From: Pseudomonadota bacterium
GTDB lineage: Bacteria; Pseudomonadota; Gammaproteobacteria; Burkholderiales; Rhodocyclaceae
DNA length: 64,000 nucleotides
NCBI GenBank assembly: GCA_039797825.1
Contig: JBDKHF010000031.1
Coordinates: forward strand, 31,814-95,813
Direction of reading: 5' to 3'
Under the pieces are notes generated by a model. That model had not been told where the DNA came from, did no database searches, and saw only the letters and a program-made list of their open reading frames with translations. Numbering within the stretch: the stretch's first letter is position 1; each line of letters opens with the position of its first letter. Both the position numbers and the translations under genes were made by a program. Below are positions 20,567 through 29,968 of the stretch, piece by piece.

Positions 20567-22786
20567 TCAATACTCGTGCAGCATGGCAATTTCAGTGTCG
20601 GCATGCCGCAAGCGCAGCGCCAAAGTTCGTGCAATCGCGCTAAGCAGGGTAATTGCCAGGCGTTTGTGCTCTTCCGACAAAGTGTTGAACTGTTCCAGCG
20701 AGAGTACGAAAAACTCGGTTTCGGCGGCGGCAATTGCATCGTTGCCGCGTGGCCGACCATCGAGAAAAGCCAGCCCGCCAAAAAAATCGCCACGGCCAAA
20801 AGTTGCAATATGGCGCGTCCGGCCAGCGCCAATCGGGGCAAAAATCTTGACTGATCCGCGCCGGATCATATACAGCGCATCACCCGGTTCGCCGCGCGAA
20901 TAAACCACTTCGCCCGCCGCGCAGGTGCGGTGGGTCAAACGCGCCTCAAGATCGGCCAGCGTATCGTCCTTGCGCCCCTTGAACAATTCCATTTCGGCCA
21001 GCAGCATCGAAACTTCAGGCTCCGGCGTGGCGCGCTCGACTTCGCCCAGAATGCGGTCCTCAACCCACTCGATGGCGCTATCCAGTTCGGGGAACAGGCG
21101 TACCGTTTCGCCTTTCTCGGTAACCCCGGTCTGCTCAAGAAACTCGCGCAGGTTGCGCCCGTTGGGCAGATTTTCACGCACATTCGAGAGCAGCAGCATG
21201 GCGCCTTTTTCGGCCAGCGTGTCGCGTAACTGATTGAGCAGATGGGCCGCCGTGACGTCGACTGACTGGACCCGTTTCATGTCGAGAATAATGAAATTCC
21301 GCGTTTTCAATTCGACTTCAATCAGGCCGTACAACTGCTGCGTGGTGCCGAAGAAAAGACTGCCCTGCAGCTCGAAGATCACCGCTTGGTCGCCCTTTTG
21401 TTCGAGGATGCGGGTTTCGGATTCTGGCCGGTGCCAGTTGGACGACATTTGATTGACGTAAAACTTGTGGCGCACCACCGTGCCGCCAATTTGCTCGCGC
21501 AGGAACAGCACAATCGCCAGCGCAACACCGACGCCCGACGCCGCAATCAGGCCAACGGTCAGTGCGACAACAACCACGGCGACGACCACGCCAAAATCAA
21601 ATACCGTCGCCGAAGACTGCACAAAGCGCAGCGGTTCGCGGTCGATCATGCGCAAGCCAACCACAATCAAGCCCGCGGCCAGTGCTGAAATTGGAATCCA
21701 GGCAATGAAGTTACTGAGCAACAAAGCCGACAGCAGGGCCAAGACCCCTTCAACCAACCCGGAGGCACGGGTTGTTGCACCGCTCGACAGATTGATCATC
21801 GTCGCCCCCATCGTCCCGGCGCCGGGAATGCCACCGACTGATGAGGAAGCGATGTTGGCTGCCCCCTGGGCGACCAGTTCGCGATTCGGGTTGTGCCGGC
21901 TACGCGTCATCTGGTCGAGCACGACACAGGTCTTCAGGGTGTCAATCGAGAGCAGCACGGCCAGGGTCAAGGCGCTACCAAACAAGGCGCCGACCTGTGA
22001 CAGTCGCAAATCACCGATCTCATGCCAGCGCTCGGTAATCGACGCAAAATAACCTTCGCCACTCACCCCAAGCGGGCCGATGATCAGTGGGTTATCGGCC
22101 AGTTCGAGCAAGCTGGCATCCTGCATGGCGAGGCCAAAATAGGCCAAAACACCGGCCAGCACGCCAACAATCATCCCCGGCAAACGCTTGGTTAGCTGCG
22201 GCCCGAGCAAAATCCCGGCGATTGTCGCGCCACCAACCACCAGCGCCCGCCAATCCCACATTGCCGGTGAAATCAGGCTTTGATGCCAGGGCGTGCCCAG
22301 CGGCGCGCCAACAAATTTTGAAAGCTGGCTACCAATGATGATCAGGCCAACGCCGGTCAAATAGCCGCTGACTACCGGGTAGGGAATGTATTTAATCAAT
22401 TGCCCGAGGCCGACAAAGCCGAAAAGCACCTGAAAGCCACCGGCCAGAATGCCCAGCATGAGCAGCATCAGGACGATATTGCCGGCAGGCACACCGTCAT
22501 GGACCATACCGATGGCGAAGGCTGACAAAACCGCGGCGGCCGGCGCGCAAGGCGCACTGATCAGGCGATCCGTGCCGCCAAAAGTAGATGCCACCAGGCC
22601 GATCACCGTCGCACCGATAATTCCGGCGAGGGCACCAAGCGCCGCATGGGTTGGGCCGATCGCCGAGTAGATGGTGACGCCGAAAGCAATTGATGCGGGG
22701 AGGGCAACCAGCATGGCGGCAAAGCCGCCCCAAAAATCCCCAGCCTGATAGAGTTTTTTGAAGAATTCCGTCATCACTTCCCCCAT
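20567..22786 (-). CDS. SulP-family anion transporter with STAS and C-terminal cyclic-nucleotide-binding domains
   Basis: 739 aa: multi-TM SulP core, then a STAS-like region (VIFELQGSLFFGT), then a cNMP-binding beta-roll (FGGLAFLDGRPRGNDAIAAAETEF). Confidence 0.88.
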   Translation of the reverse strand: MGEVMTEFFKKLYQAGDFWGGFAAMLVALPASIAFGVTIYSAIGPTHAALGALAGIIGATVIGLVASTFGGTDRLISAPCAPAAAVLSAFAIGMVHDGVPAGNIVLMLLMLGILAGGFQVLFGFVGLGQLIKYIPYPVVSGYLTGVGLIIIGSQLSKFVGAPLGTPWHQSLISPAMWDWRALVVGGATIAGILLGPQLTKRLPGMIVGVLAGVLAYFGLAMQDASLLELADNPLIIGPLGVSGEGYFASITERWHEIGDLRLSQVGALFGSALTLAVLLSIDTLKTCVVLDQMTRSRHNPNRELVAQGAANIASSSVGGIPGAGTMGATMINLSSGATTRASGLVEGVLALLSALLLSNFIAWIPISALAAGLIVVGLRMIDREPLRFVQSSATVFDFGVVVAVVVVALTVGLIAASGVGVALAIVLFLREQIGGTVVRHKFYVNQMSSNWHRPESETRILEQKGDQAVIFELQGSLFFGTTQQLYGLIEVELKTRNFIILDMKRVQSVDVTAAHLLNQLRDTLAEKGAMLLLSNVRENLPNGRNLREFLEQTGVTEKGETVRLFPELDSAIEWVEDRILGEVERATPEPEVSMLLAEMELFKGRKDDTLADLEARLTHRTCAAGEVVYSRGEPGDALYMIRRGSVKIFAPIGAGRTRHIATFGRGDFFGGLAFLDGRPRGNDAIAAAETEFFVLSLEQFNTLSEEHKRLAITLLSAIARTLALRLRHADTEIAMLHEY

Positions 22787-23007
22787 TAGTACCGCTTGTT
22801 ATGCATCGATGTTACTGCGAATTGCCAAAACATGCCCACACACAGGGCTTCTGACATTTGCTCGGCAAGAAAACACAAACAACTGTGGCAAAATCGAGAC
22901 AGTTACGGTCAACACGAAAAATGACGCAAAAAAGTATTCGCTACGGCCAGTATCTTGGCGCTATCCGCCGCCATCATCGGCAAATCAGCTACAACCAAGT
23001 CGTTGCG

Positions 23008-24618
23008 ATGGAGCGCGCCATGCCTGCCGGCTCCGGCAAGTTGCGCCTGCTCGATGTGCACCGCCTGCTGACGCCTTACATTTCAGTTCGTTTTCTTGAA
23101 CAGGCGCGTGCCGTCATCCCGCTGGCGCTGCTACTGATTGGTTTTCAAGCCTTGGCCCTGCGCACCTCGCCAGAGGAGGCGCAATGGATTGCGCTGGGTA
23201 TTGGCGCCGTGATAATCGGCCTGATGCTGTTCATGGAAGGTGTCAAGCAAGGCCTGATGCCCTTCGCCGAAAACATTGGCTTTCTCATGCCCGTGCGCTC
23301 GGGGCCACTCGTTCTGCTGGCTTTCGGTTGCCTGCTCGGTGCTGCCGCCACCTTTGCCGAACCGGCGATTGGTGCGCTCCAGGCCGCCGGCGGATCGGTA
23401 TCTGCCGAGCGCGCCGGGTTGCTCAAGGCCTTGCTTGGCCCTTACGCCAATTGGCTGGTTCTCGCCGTTGCCGGCGGGGTCGGGCTGGCTGTCGTGCTCG
23501 GCCTGATGCGGCTGATGTTTGCCTGGCGCCTCAAGCGCTTGGTGATGATCGTTGTCCCGGCCTGCCTCGGCATCACCGTCTATGCCGCCAGCCAACCGGG
23601 TCTGGAAAAAGTCGTGGCACTGGCCTGGGATTGCGGCGGCATTACCACTGGCCCGGTGACCGTGCCGCTCGTTCTGGCGGTCGGGATTGGGGTTGCCGCC
23701 TCCGCCGGACGCGGCGACAACCCGCTCTCCGGCTTTGGTATCGTCACCCTGGCCTCGCTCTTTCCGGTGATCACCGTACTTGGCACAGCTATCTACCTGA
23801 ATGCCCAGGGCGCCCTGCCGGCACCGGCCCCCCTGCTGGCTCCCGGCTGGTATCAACAAACCCCGGTTGCTGAAATGCTCGGTGCCATGCGCGCCATCCT
23901 GCCATTGGTTTTACTGCTTTTCCTTGTCCAGCGCGTTGTGCTGCGTTACAAAATGGCGCGCCGCGATATTTTCATTTATGGCGTGTTGACCGCGCTGATT
24001 GGCATGATGACCTTCAACCTGGGCCTGACCGCCGGCTTGGTTGAACTCGGCAATCAGGCCGGCAATAACGTGCCCTGGGCCTTTTCCGCACATCGTGAAA
24101 GTGGTGCCCCGCCGCTCTATTCACGCTGGCTGGGGCTGAGCATGACGATGATTTTTGCCTTTTGCATCGGCTACGGCGCCACCGTGGCCGAACCGGCGCT
24201 TAACGCGATGGGGATCACCGTCGAAAACCTGACTGACGGCGCCTTCAAGAAACGCTTGCTGATTCGTGCCGTAGCCGTCGGCGTCGGCATGGGTACCGCG
24301 ATCGGCGTCGCCAAGATTCTCTTTGACCTGCCAATTGCCCGCCTGCTGCTTGGCGCCTATCTGCTGGCCCTGCTGCTCACCTGGTTCTCACGCGAGGAAC
24401 TGGTCAATCTGGCCTGGGACAGCGCCGGGGTAACCACCGGGCCGGTCACCGTGCCATTGCTACTGGCGCTCGGCGTCGGCCTGGGTGAAGCGGTCGGCGC
24501 CGCCGAGGGTTTCGGCATTCTGGCCATGTGTTCAGTCGGCCCGATTATCAGCGTCCTGAGCTTTGGTCTGTGGATAGATTATTGGAAACGCCGCGATAAA
24601 CACAGGAGAGCAACATGA
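23008..24618 (+). CDS. DUF1538-family integral membrane protein (two internal repeats)
   Basis: Two homologous halves, each with a G.MLF..G motif and a TTGPVTVPL(V/L)LA(V/L)G(I/V)G motif. Start uncertain: TTG 22858, ATG 22921, ATG 23008, or ATG 23020 preceded by GGAG. Confidence 0.72.
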   Translation: MERAMPAGSGKLRLLDVHRLLTPYISVRFLEQARAVIPLALLLIGFQALALRTSPEEAQWIALGIGAVIIGLMLFMEGVKQGLMPFAENIGFLMPVRSGPLVLLAFGCLLGAAATFAEPAIGALQAAGGSVSAERAGLLKALLGPYANWLVLAVAGGVGLAVVLGLMRLMFAWRLKRLVMIVVPACLGITVYAASQPGLEKVVALAWDCGGITTGPVTVPLVLAVGIGVAASAGRGDNPLSGFGIVTLASLFPVITVLGTAIYLNAQGALPAPAPLLAPGWYQQTPVAEMLGAMRAILPLVLLLFLVQRVVLRYKMARRDIFIYGVLTALIGMMTFNLGLTAGLVELGNQAGNNVPWAFSAHRESGAPPLYSRWLGLSMTMIFAFCIGYGATVAEPALNAMGITVENLTDGAFKKRLLIRAVAVGVGMGTAIGVAKILFDLPIARLLLGAYLLALLLTWFSREELVNLAWDSAGVTTGPVTVPLLLALGVGLGEAVGAAEGFGILAMCSVGPIISVLSFGLWIDYWKRRDKHRRAT

Positions 24619-24992
24619 GCCAAAGTGAAATGATCGTGCTGACCGATGTCGTGCTGATCACCGCCATCGTCCAGCGCGGCAGCGCTGACCGTGTCGTTCA
24701 GGCAGCGCAGGAGGCCGGCGCGCAGGGTGCAACCATTTTCCACGCGCACGGCACCGGAGTCCGCCAGAAACGCCTCGGCATCCTCGGTTTGACCATCAAT
24801 GCCGAAAAAGAAGTGCTCTACATCGTCGCCCCCAGCGATCAGGCGGATGCCATTTTTGAGCGCATTTTTGTTTGCGCCAAAATGGATACTCCGGGCATGG
24901 GCATCTTGTGGATGACCCAACTGGAAAAAATGGCCACTTATGTGCCGCACGAAATTGCGGCGCGCTTTGGTTTGCATGCCGACAAGAAATGA
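24615..24992 (+). CDS. PII-like (GlnB-fold) signalling protein
   Basis: 125 aa with a beta-alpha-beta-beta-alpha-beta-type pattern (VLITAIVQRG..DRVVQAAQEAGAQGATIFHAHGTG). ATGA overlap with the DUF1538 gene. Confidence 0.72.
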   Translation: MSQSEMIVLTDVVLITAIVQRGSADRVVQAAQEAGAQGATIFHAHGTGVRQKRLGILGLTINAEKEVLYIVAPSDQADAIFERIFVCAKMDTPGMGILWMTQLEKMATYVPHEIAARFGLHADKK

Positions 24993-25339
24993 GCGCCCTT
25001 GCCCATATCGGTCGTGCCATCGACAAAAAACAGCTGACCGCCATCGTCCGTGCCGGTGAAGGCCAGCGCCTGGTTGAGCTATTTGTCGAAAAGCCCGGCG
25101 TGCTCTCGATTTCACACCACCACGCGCGTGGCGTCGGTGGTCGCCGCATCCGCGACGGCCAGCTTTACTTTGACGAAAAAGACGTTTTGATCCTCCTCGT
25201 CGAAAGCGAGTTTGTCGATACGGTGTTTTCTTCACTTTTCCATGCGGCTGGCCTGAATCAGCCCGGTGCCGGTATGATCTTTATGGAAAAAGTCCTGCGC
25301 GGTCATCCAATGATGCCGTTTGAAGGTGCCGACTGGTAA
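24989..25339 (+). CDS. second PII-like signalling protein
   Basis: 116 aa from ATG 24989 (MSALAHIG...), which forms an ATGA overlap with the previous gene. QLTAIVRAGEGQRLVELFVEKPGVLSISHHHARGVGG resembles the first PII-like protein. Confidence 0.68.
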   Translation: MSALAHIGRAIDKKQLTAIVRAGEGQRLVELFVEKPGVLSISHHHARGVGGRRIRDGQLYFDEKDVLILLVESEFVDTVFSSLFHAAGLNQPGAGMIFMEKVLRGHPMMPFEGADW

Positions 25340-25352
25340 AAAAGGGGAAGCA

Positions 25353-25844
25353 ATGAATAAACATTTTCGTGCGCTAAGCTGTGGGCTGATTTTTGCCCTG
25401 TTTTCGGCGTCGACCGCAACAATTGCCCAGGAAATGCGCCCGCTAACCAAGGGCCAGACCCTCTACCTGCCGATCTACTCGCACATGCTCTACGGCAATA
25501 TCGGCAAGAGCGGCAAGGCCTCCAACGCCATGCTTTCGGCGCTGGTCAGCATTCGCAATACCGATGGCAAGCGCCCGCTACGCATACTGTCGGCACGCTA
25601 TTACGATACGCACGGCAAAATGATCAGCGAGCGTATTCCTTCACCAATCACGATCCAGCCCTACGGCACGCTGGAGATTTTCGTTGATTTGAATGATGCC
25701 GCCGGTGGCTCCGGGGCCAATTTCATCATCAAGTGGGATGCCGACCAGATGATCAACCCGCCGCTGGTCGAGTCGCTGCACGCCAACATGGATGGCGGCA
25801 AAGCGGTAATTTTCATGACCCAATCCGTCCCGGTCAGCGAATAG
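25353..25844 (+). CDS. DUF3124-family secreted/lipoprotein-like protein
   Basis: Signal peptide (MNKHFRALSCGLIFALFSASTA). The motifs GQTLYLPIYSHMLYG, SIRNTD and GGSGANFIIKW match my recollection of DUF3124. Confidence 0.62.
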   Translation: MNKHFRALSCGLIFALFSASTATIAQEMRPLTKGQTLYLPIYSHMLYGNIGKSGKASNAMLSALVSIRNTDGKRPLRILSARYYDTHGKMISERIPSPITIQPYGTLEIFVDLNDAAGGSGANFIIKWDADQMINPPLVESLHANMDGGKAVIFMTQSVPVSE

Positions 25845-25853
25845 GAAATCACT

Positions 25854-26894
25854 TTGTCAGCAATGAGTTCAACCCAGACCGGCTATGTCGTCCGTCTGCT
25901 TTATTTTGCAATTTTCGGCATGTTCGCCGTGCATGTCCTCGGCACGGTCGGCTACATGCTGCTCACCGATGGCAAATATTCGTGGTTTGATTGCTTCTAC
26001 ATGACCTTTATCACCGTCGCCACCATCGGCTTCGGTGAAATTATCGACATGACGAGCAACCAGCCGGCACGAGTATTCACCGTCGTCATCGGCATCCTGG
26101 GCGCCGGCAACCTCTCCATGCTGTTTTCGGTGGTCACGGTTGCCTTGCTCGAAACGGACCTTAACGGAACCTTGCAGAGAAAACGCATGGAAAAACAGAT
26201 CAAAAAACTCAAAGGCCACTACCTGCTTTGTGGCTTTGGCCGCGTCGGGCGCAATATTGCGCACGAACTAAGCTCAACCAACCGGCACTTTGTCGCGATT
26301 GATGAAGACCGCGGCGTGCTTGAGGAATACAAGGAAAAAAATCCCGGTTTGCTCTATTTGCACGGCGATGCCAGCGATGACGACACCCTGATCGCGGCCG
26401 ATCTGGAAGATGCCAAAGGCGTTTTTGCAGTCACCGGCGACGATTCACGCAATCTGATGATCGTCATTACCGCCAAGCAACTCAAGCCGGAAGTTCGCGT
26501 TGTCGCCCGCTGCCACGAAACACGCAATATGGAAAAAATGCGCAAGGCCGGTGCCGATGCGATTGTCTCCCCCGATTTCACCGGCGGCATGCGCATCGCC
26601 TCGGCAATGATCCGCCCGCACGTCGTTTCCTTCCTCGATGAAATGCTGAAGTCGCAAAACAACCTGCGCGTTGAAGAAATCATCGTTCCCGCCGGTTTCA
26701 TTCCCAAACCAATCGGTTCGCTCAAGCTGCGCAGCGCCAATTACGTGCTGCTTGCGGCGCGTGAGCGCAACGGCACCTGGCAGTTCAACCCGGACCATAA
26801 TTTCCTGATCAAACCCGGTTTCATGCTGATCGCCATGGCCAGCCCGGTGGGACGTCAGGAAATTGAAGGTCTGCTGATCGAAAACCTGAGCTAG
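25854..26894 (+). CDS. potassium channel protein with RCK (TrkA-N/TrkA-C) domain
   Basis: 2TM/P-loop core with selectivity-filter-like TVATIGFGE, then a Rossmann RCK domain (LLCGFGRVGRNIA). Start is TTG 25854 or ATG 25863. Confidence 0.85.
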   Translation: MSAMSSTQTGYVVRLLYFAIFGMFAVHVLGTVGYMLLTDGKYSWFDCFYMTFITVATIGFGEIIDMTSNQPARVFTVVIGILGAGNLSMLFSVVTVALLETDLNGTLQRKRMEKQIKKLKGHYLLCGFGRVGRNIAHELSSTNRHFVAIDEDRGVLEEYKEKNPGLLYLHGDASDDDTLIAADLEDAKGVFAVTGDDSRNLMIVITAKQLKPEVRVVARCHETRNMEKMRKAGADAIVSPDFTGGMRIASAMIRPHVVSFLDEMLKSQNNLRVEEIIVPAGFIPKPIGSLKLRSANYVLLAARERNGTWQFNPDHNFLIKPGFMLIAMASPVGRQEIEGLLIENLS

Positions 26895-26912
26895 GGAAAC
26901 ACTGAATTTAAA

Positions 26913-28277
26913 ATGCTGACCATGAATTCACCCCTGCGCCGCCTGATCCCGATTGCCCTGCTCGCCGCCGCCTGGCCGGCACTCGCCTCCGGTTCGGACG
27001 TAGTCGGCGAAAATCTGTTGTGGCTGGCGATCATCATTCTTGCCGCCCGCCTTTTTGCCCCACTCACGCAACGCATCGGTTTTCCTGCCGTGCTCGGTGA
27101 ATTGCTGCTCGGCGTGGTGCTGGGCAATCTCGGCTTGCTCGGTTTCCATTACTTCGACAGCATTGCCAAAGACCCGATCATCATGTTCATGGCCGAACTC
27201 GGCGTGATCATCCTGCTCTTGCAGATCGGCCTTGAAACCCGGCTCGGCGACCTGGTCAGCGTCGGCGTCCGCGCCTCGGCAGTCGGCGCGGTGGGCATTG
27301 CCGTCCCCTTTGCGCTCGGCGCTTTCGTCGTCGGCCCACTGTTGCTGCCGGGTATGGAATTCAACAGTTACCTGTTCCTTGGCGCAACGCTGGCGGCAAC
27401 CTCGGTGGGCATCACCGGGCGCGTTTTCCGCGATCTCGGCCAGCTCAAGATGCCGGAAGCGCAGATCGTGCTTGGCGCAGCGGTGATCGACGATGTGCTT
27501 GGCCTGGTCATTCTGGCGGTCGTCTCCAGCCTGGTCAAAGCCGGTACGGTGAGCATCGGCGAAGTCGGCATGATTATTACCGAGGCCGTACTTTTCCTCG
27601 GCGGCTCAATTGCGATTGGCCGCGCCATTGCACCGCATTTGCTGCGCCAGATTTCGCGGCTGGATTCCGGTCACTCGATGCTCTTCTCGCTGGTCCTTGC
27701 CGTTGGCCTGCTGATGGCCTGGCTGGCGCACGCCGTGGGTTTGGCTCCAATCATTGGCGCCTTTGCCGCCGGCCTGCTCTTCGAGCCGGTCTTTCTCAAG
27801 GAATTCGATACGCCCAAAGTCGTTCAGGAAATTGAACCCTTGCTGGCTGGCAGCACTGCCGCCTGCAAAATGGACGAAATCCGTGCCGTGTTAACCCGCC
27901 ACACCAGCCATCAGCATGAACACATGATCGAACCGATCGGCTACTTTTTTGTCCCGGTTTTTTTCGTACTGACCGGCATGCAGGTTGATTTATCGACCCT
28001 GAGCGATCCCCAAACCGTTGCAATTGCCCTCGGCATTACCGCCGCCGCCGTACTCGGCAAACTGGCCGCCGGCTTTGCTGCCGGCAAGGGAAAAAATCCG
28101 TGGATCGTCGGCTGGGGCATGGTGCCGCGTGGCGAAGTCGGGCTTATTTTCGCGATGGTTGGCAAAACTCTGGGCGTGATGAGCGAATCGATGTTTTCAG
28201 TCATCGTAATCATGGTTATCCTGACAACTTTATTGACCCCGCCGATTCTCACCGCCTTGCTGCGGAAAAAACCTTGA
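26913..28277 (+). CDS. cation:proton antiporter (CPA2/Kef-type Na+/K+:H+ exchanger family)
   Basis: 454 aa, about 12 TM. N-terminal LAARLFAPLTQRIGFPAVLGELLLGVVLG is typical of the Na_H_exchanger family. Confidence 0.87.
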   Translation: MLTMNSPLRRLIPIALLAAAWPALASGSDVVGENLLWLAIIILAARLFAPLTQRIGFPAVLGELLLGVVLGNLGLLGFHYFDSIAKDPIIMFMAELGVIILLLQIGLETRLGDLVSVGVRASAVGAVGIAVPFALGAFVVGPLLLPGMEFNSYLFLGATLAATSVGITGRVFRDLGQLKMPEAQIVLGAAVIDDVLGLVILAVVSSLVKAGTVSIGEVGMIITEAVLFLGGSIAIGRAIAPHLLRQISRLDSGHSMLFSLVLAVGLLMAWLAHAVGLAPIIGAFAAGLLFEPVFLKEFDTPKVVQEIEPLLAGSTAACKMDEIRAVLTRHTSHQHEHMIEPIGYFFVPVFFVLTGMQVDLSTLSDPQTVAIALGITAAAVLGKLAAGFAAGKGKNPWIVGWGMVPRGEVGLIFAMVGKTLGVMSESMFSVIVIMVILTTLLTPPILTALLRKKP

Positions 28278-28296
28278 ACAACCTTCTGGAGAAAAC

Positions 28297-28602
28297 ATGA
28301 AACTCATTCATCTCGGCTTGATCGCCGCCTCCCTTTCCCTGGCCAACCTGGCACAGGCTGATGAAGTACTGGCCAAAGCCAAAAACTGCACGACCTGCCA
28401 CGGCATCGACAAAAAAATTGTCGGCCCCGGCTACAAGGAAATCGCCGCCAAACGCGGTGCTGAAAAGGGCGCTGAAGCCGCGTTGACCGCAAAGATCAAG
28501 GCCGGCAGCAAGGGCGAATGGGGCCAAGTGCCGATGCCACCCAACAACGTGACCGATGCCGAAGCAGCAACCCTGGCCAAGTGGGTTTTGTCGATCAAGT
28601 AA
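28297..28602 (+). CDS. small soluble c-type cytochrome (c551/c8-like)
   Basis: 101 aa: signal peptide, CTTCHG haem motif, then GPGYKEIAAK and GEWGQVPMPPN (Met ligand region). Confidence 0.85.
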   Translation: MKLIHLGLIAASLSLANLAQADEVLAKAKNCTTCHGIDKKIVGPGYKEIAAKRGAEKGAEAALTAKIKAGSKGEWGQVPMPPNNVTDAEAATLAKWVLSIK

Positions 28603-28690
28603 GCGCAGAGCAGGACCGGGGCGAAGCCAAAGGCCGCCCCCGCCCCACTCAAGGGGCCAGAAAAATTACAAAACAAGATAGCGAGAGAAC

Positions 28691-29968
28691 ATGCAGCACC
28701 TGAACCCCGAACAGAAGCGTAGACGCTGGTTTGCGCTCGGCATTGCCGCCACCGCCTTTGTCCTTTCATTTTTCCAGCGCTTCGCGCCGGCTGGCATCGC
28801 GCAGGATCTGGCGGTTTCCTTCCAGACCTCCGCTGCCTCGCTGGGCGTTCTGGCAGCCACCTACTTTTATGTTTATACGGTGATGCAGATTCCCACCGGC
28901 ATTCTCGCCGACACGCTGGGGCCGCGCCGGATTTTGATGATCGGCGGGATTATCGGTGGCCTTGGCAGCTTTCTATTTGGTTTTGCACCGACTCTGGAAT
29001 GGGCGCTGGCCGGGCGCACGCTGGTTGGCTTGGGCGTTTCAGTCACTTTCATCGCCATGCTCAAACTGATTGCCGTGTGGTTTGAAGAAAATCGTTTCGC
29101 CACGCTGGTTGGCGTCTGCATGTTGATCGGCAATCTCGGTTCAGTCCTCGCCGGTGCACCACTTTCGGCACTGGCTCAGGCGAGCGGCTGGCGCGGTGTG
29201 TTCATTGCCGTCGGCGGCATTTCGCTGGTGCTCAGCCTGGCCTGCTGGATCATCGTCCGTGACCGTCCGGACAGCGCCAGCAATACGCCCGCCCCAAAAT
29301 TTGACCGTACCGTCGTGCTAACCGGCTTGCTCGCCGTCATCCGCAACCGTGCCACCTGGCCGGCAGTGTTGGTCAACACGGGCATGACCGGCGCCTTTTT
29401 CACCTTCGCCGGCCTCTGGGCAACACCTTATTTGATGCAGGTACATGGCCTAACCCGTTCAATTGCAGCTACCCATCTTTCCTTGTGGTTTGGCGGTTTT
29501 GCGATTGGTTGTTTCTTCATTGGCACCCTGTCCGACCGCATCGGGCGTCGTAAACCGGTGCTGATTGTGACCTCGCACCTTTATGTCGCGATCTGGCTGA
29601 TTTTGCTCTCCGGCGTCGCGATGCCCTTGTGGCTGTCCTATTCGCTTTTTGGCCTGATCGGGCTGTCGACCGCCGGCTGCAGCCTGACCTGGGCCTGTGC
29701 CAAGGAAGTTAACCCACCTTTGCTTTCCGGCATGTCAACCAGCGTCGCCAATATGGGAGGCTTTCTCGCGGCGGCACTCTTTCAGCCGCTCTTCGGCTGG
29801 GTCATTGATCTGGGCTGGAAAGGCGAAATGCTGGCCGGTGCGCGCTTCTACGATATTGAGTCGTGGCGCGGCGGGCTGATTGTTGTCACGCTATGCGCGA
29901 CGATGGCCGCCGTGGGCAGTTGGCGCATCGTCGAGACGGGCTGCCGGAATATCTGGAAGCCAGCATGA
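28691..29968 (+). CDS. MFS transporter
   Basis: 425 aa, about 12 TM, with the MFS loop motif GILADTLGPRR. Confidence 0.85.
   Translation: MQHLNPEQKRRRWFALGIAATAFVLSFFQRFAPAGIAQDLAVSFQTSAASLGVLAATYFYVYTVMQIPTGILADTLGPRRILMIGGIIGGLGSFLFGFAPTLEWALAGRTLVGLGVSVTFIAMLKLIAVWFEENRFATLVGVCMLIGNLGSVLAGAPLSALAQASGWRGVFIAVGGISLVLSLACWIIVRDRPDSASNTPAPKFDRTVVLTGLLAVIRNRATWPAVLVNTGMTGAFFTFAGLWATPYLMQVHGLTRSIAATHLSLWFGGFAIGCFFIGTLSDRIGRRKPVLIVTSHLYVAIWLILLSGVAMPLWLSYSLFGLIGLSTAGCSLTWACAKEVNPPLLSGMSTSVANMGGFLAAALFQPLFGWVIDLGWKGEMLAGARFYDIESWRGGLIVVTLCATMAAVGSWRIVETGCRNIWKPA

Noticed and set aside
23131-23859. 242-aa minus-strand ORF and 229-aa plus-strand alternative-frame ORF inside the DUF1538 gene
   Set aside because: Low-complexity Gly/Arg/Gln-rich translations. 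The DUF1538 frame has clear TM periodicity and an internally repeated motif.
28603-28690. GGGGCG...CGCCCC hairpin after the cytochrome c gene as a terminator
   Set aside because: It has an 11-nt loop and no following T-tract, so I cannot support a rho-independent terminator call. It may still be a weak structure separating the operon from the MFS gene.
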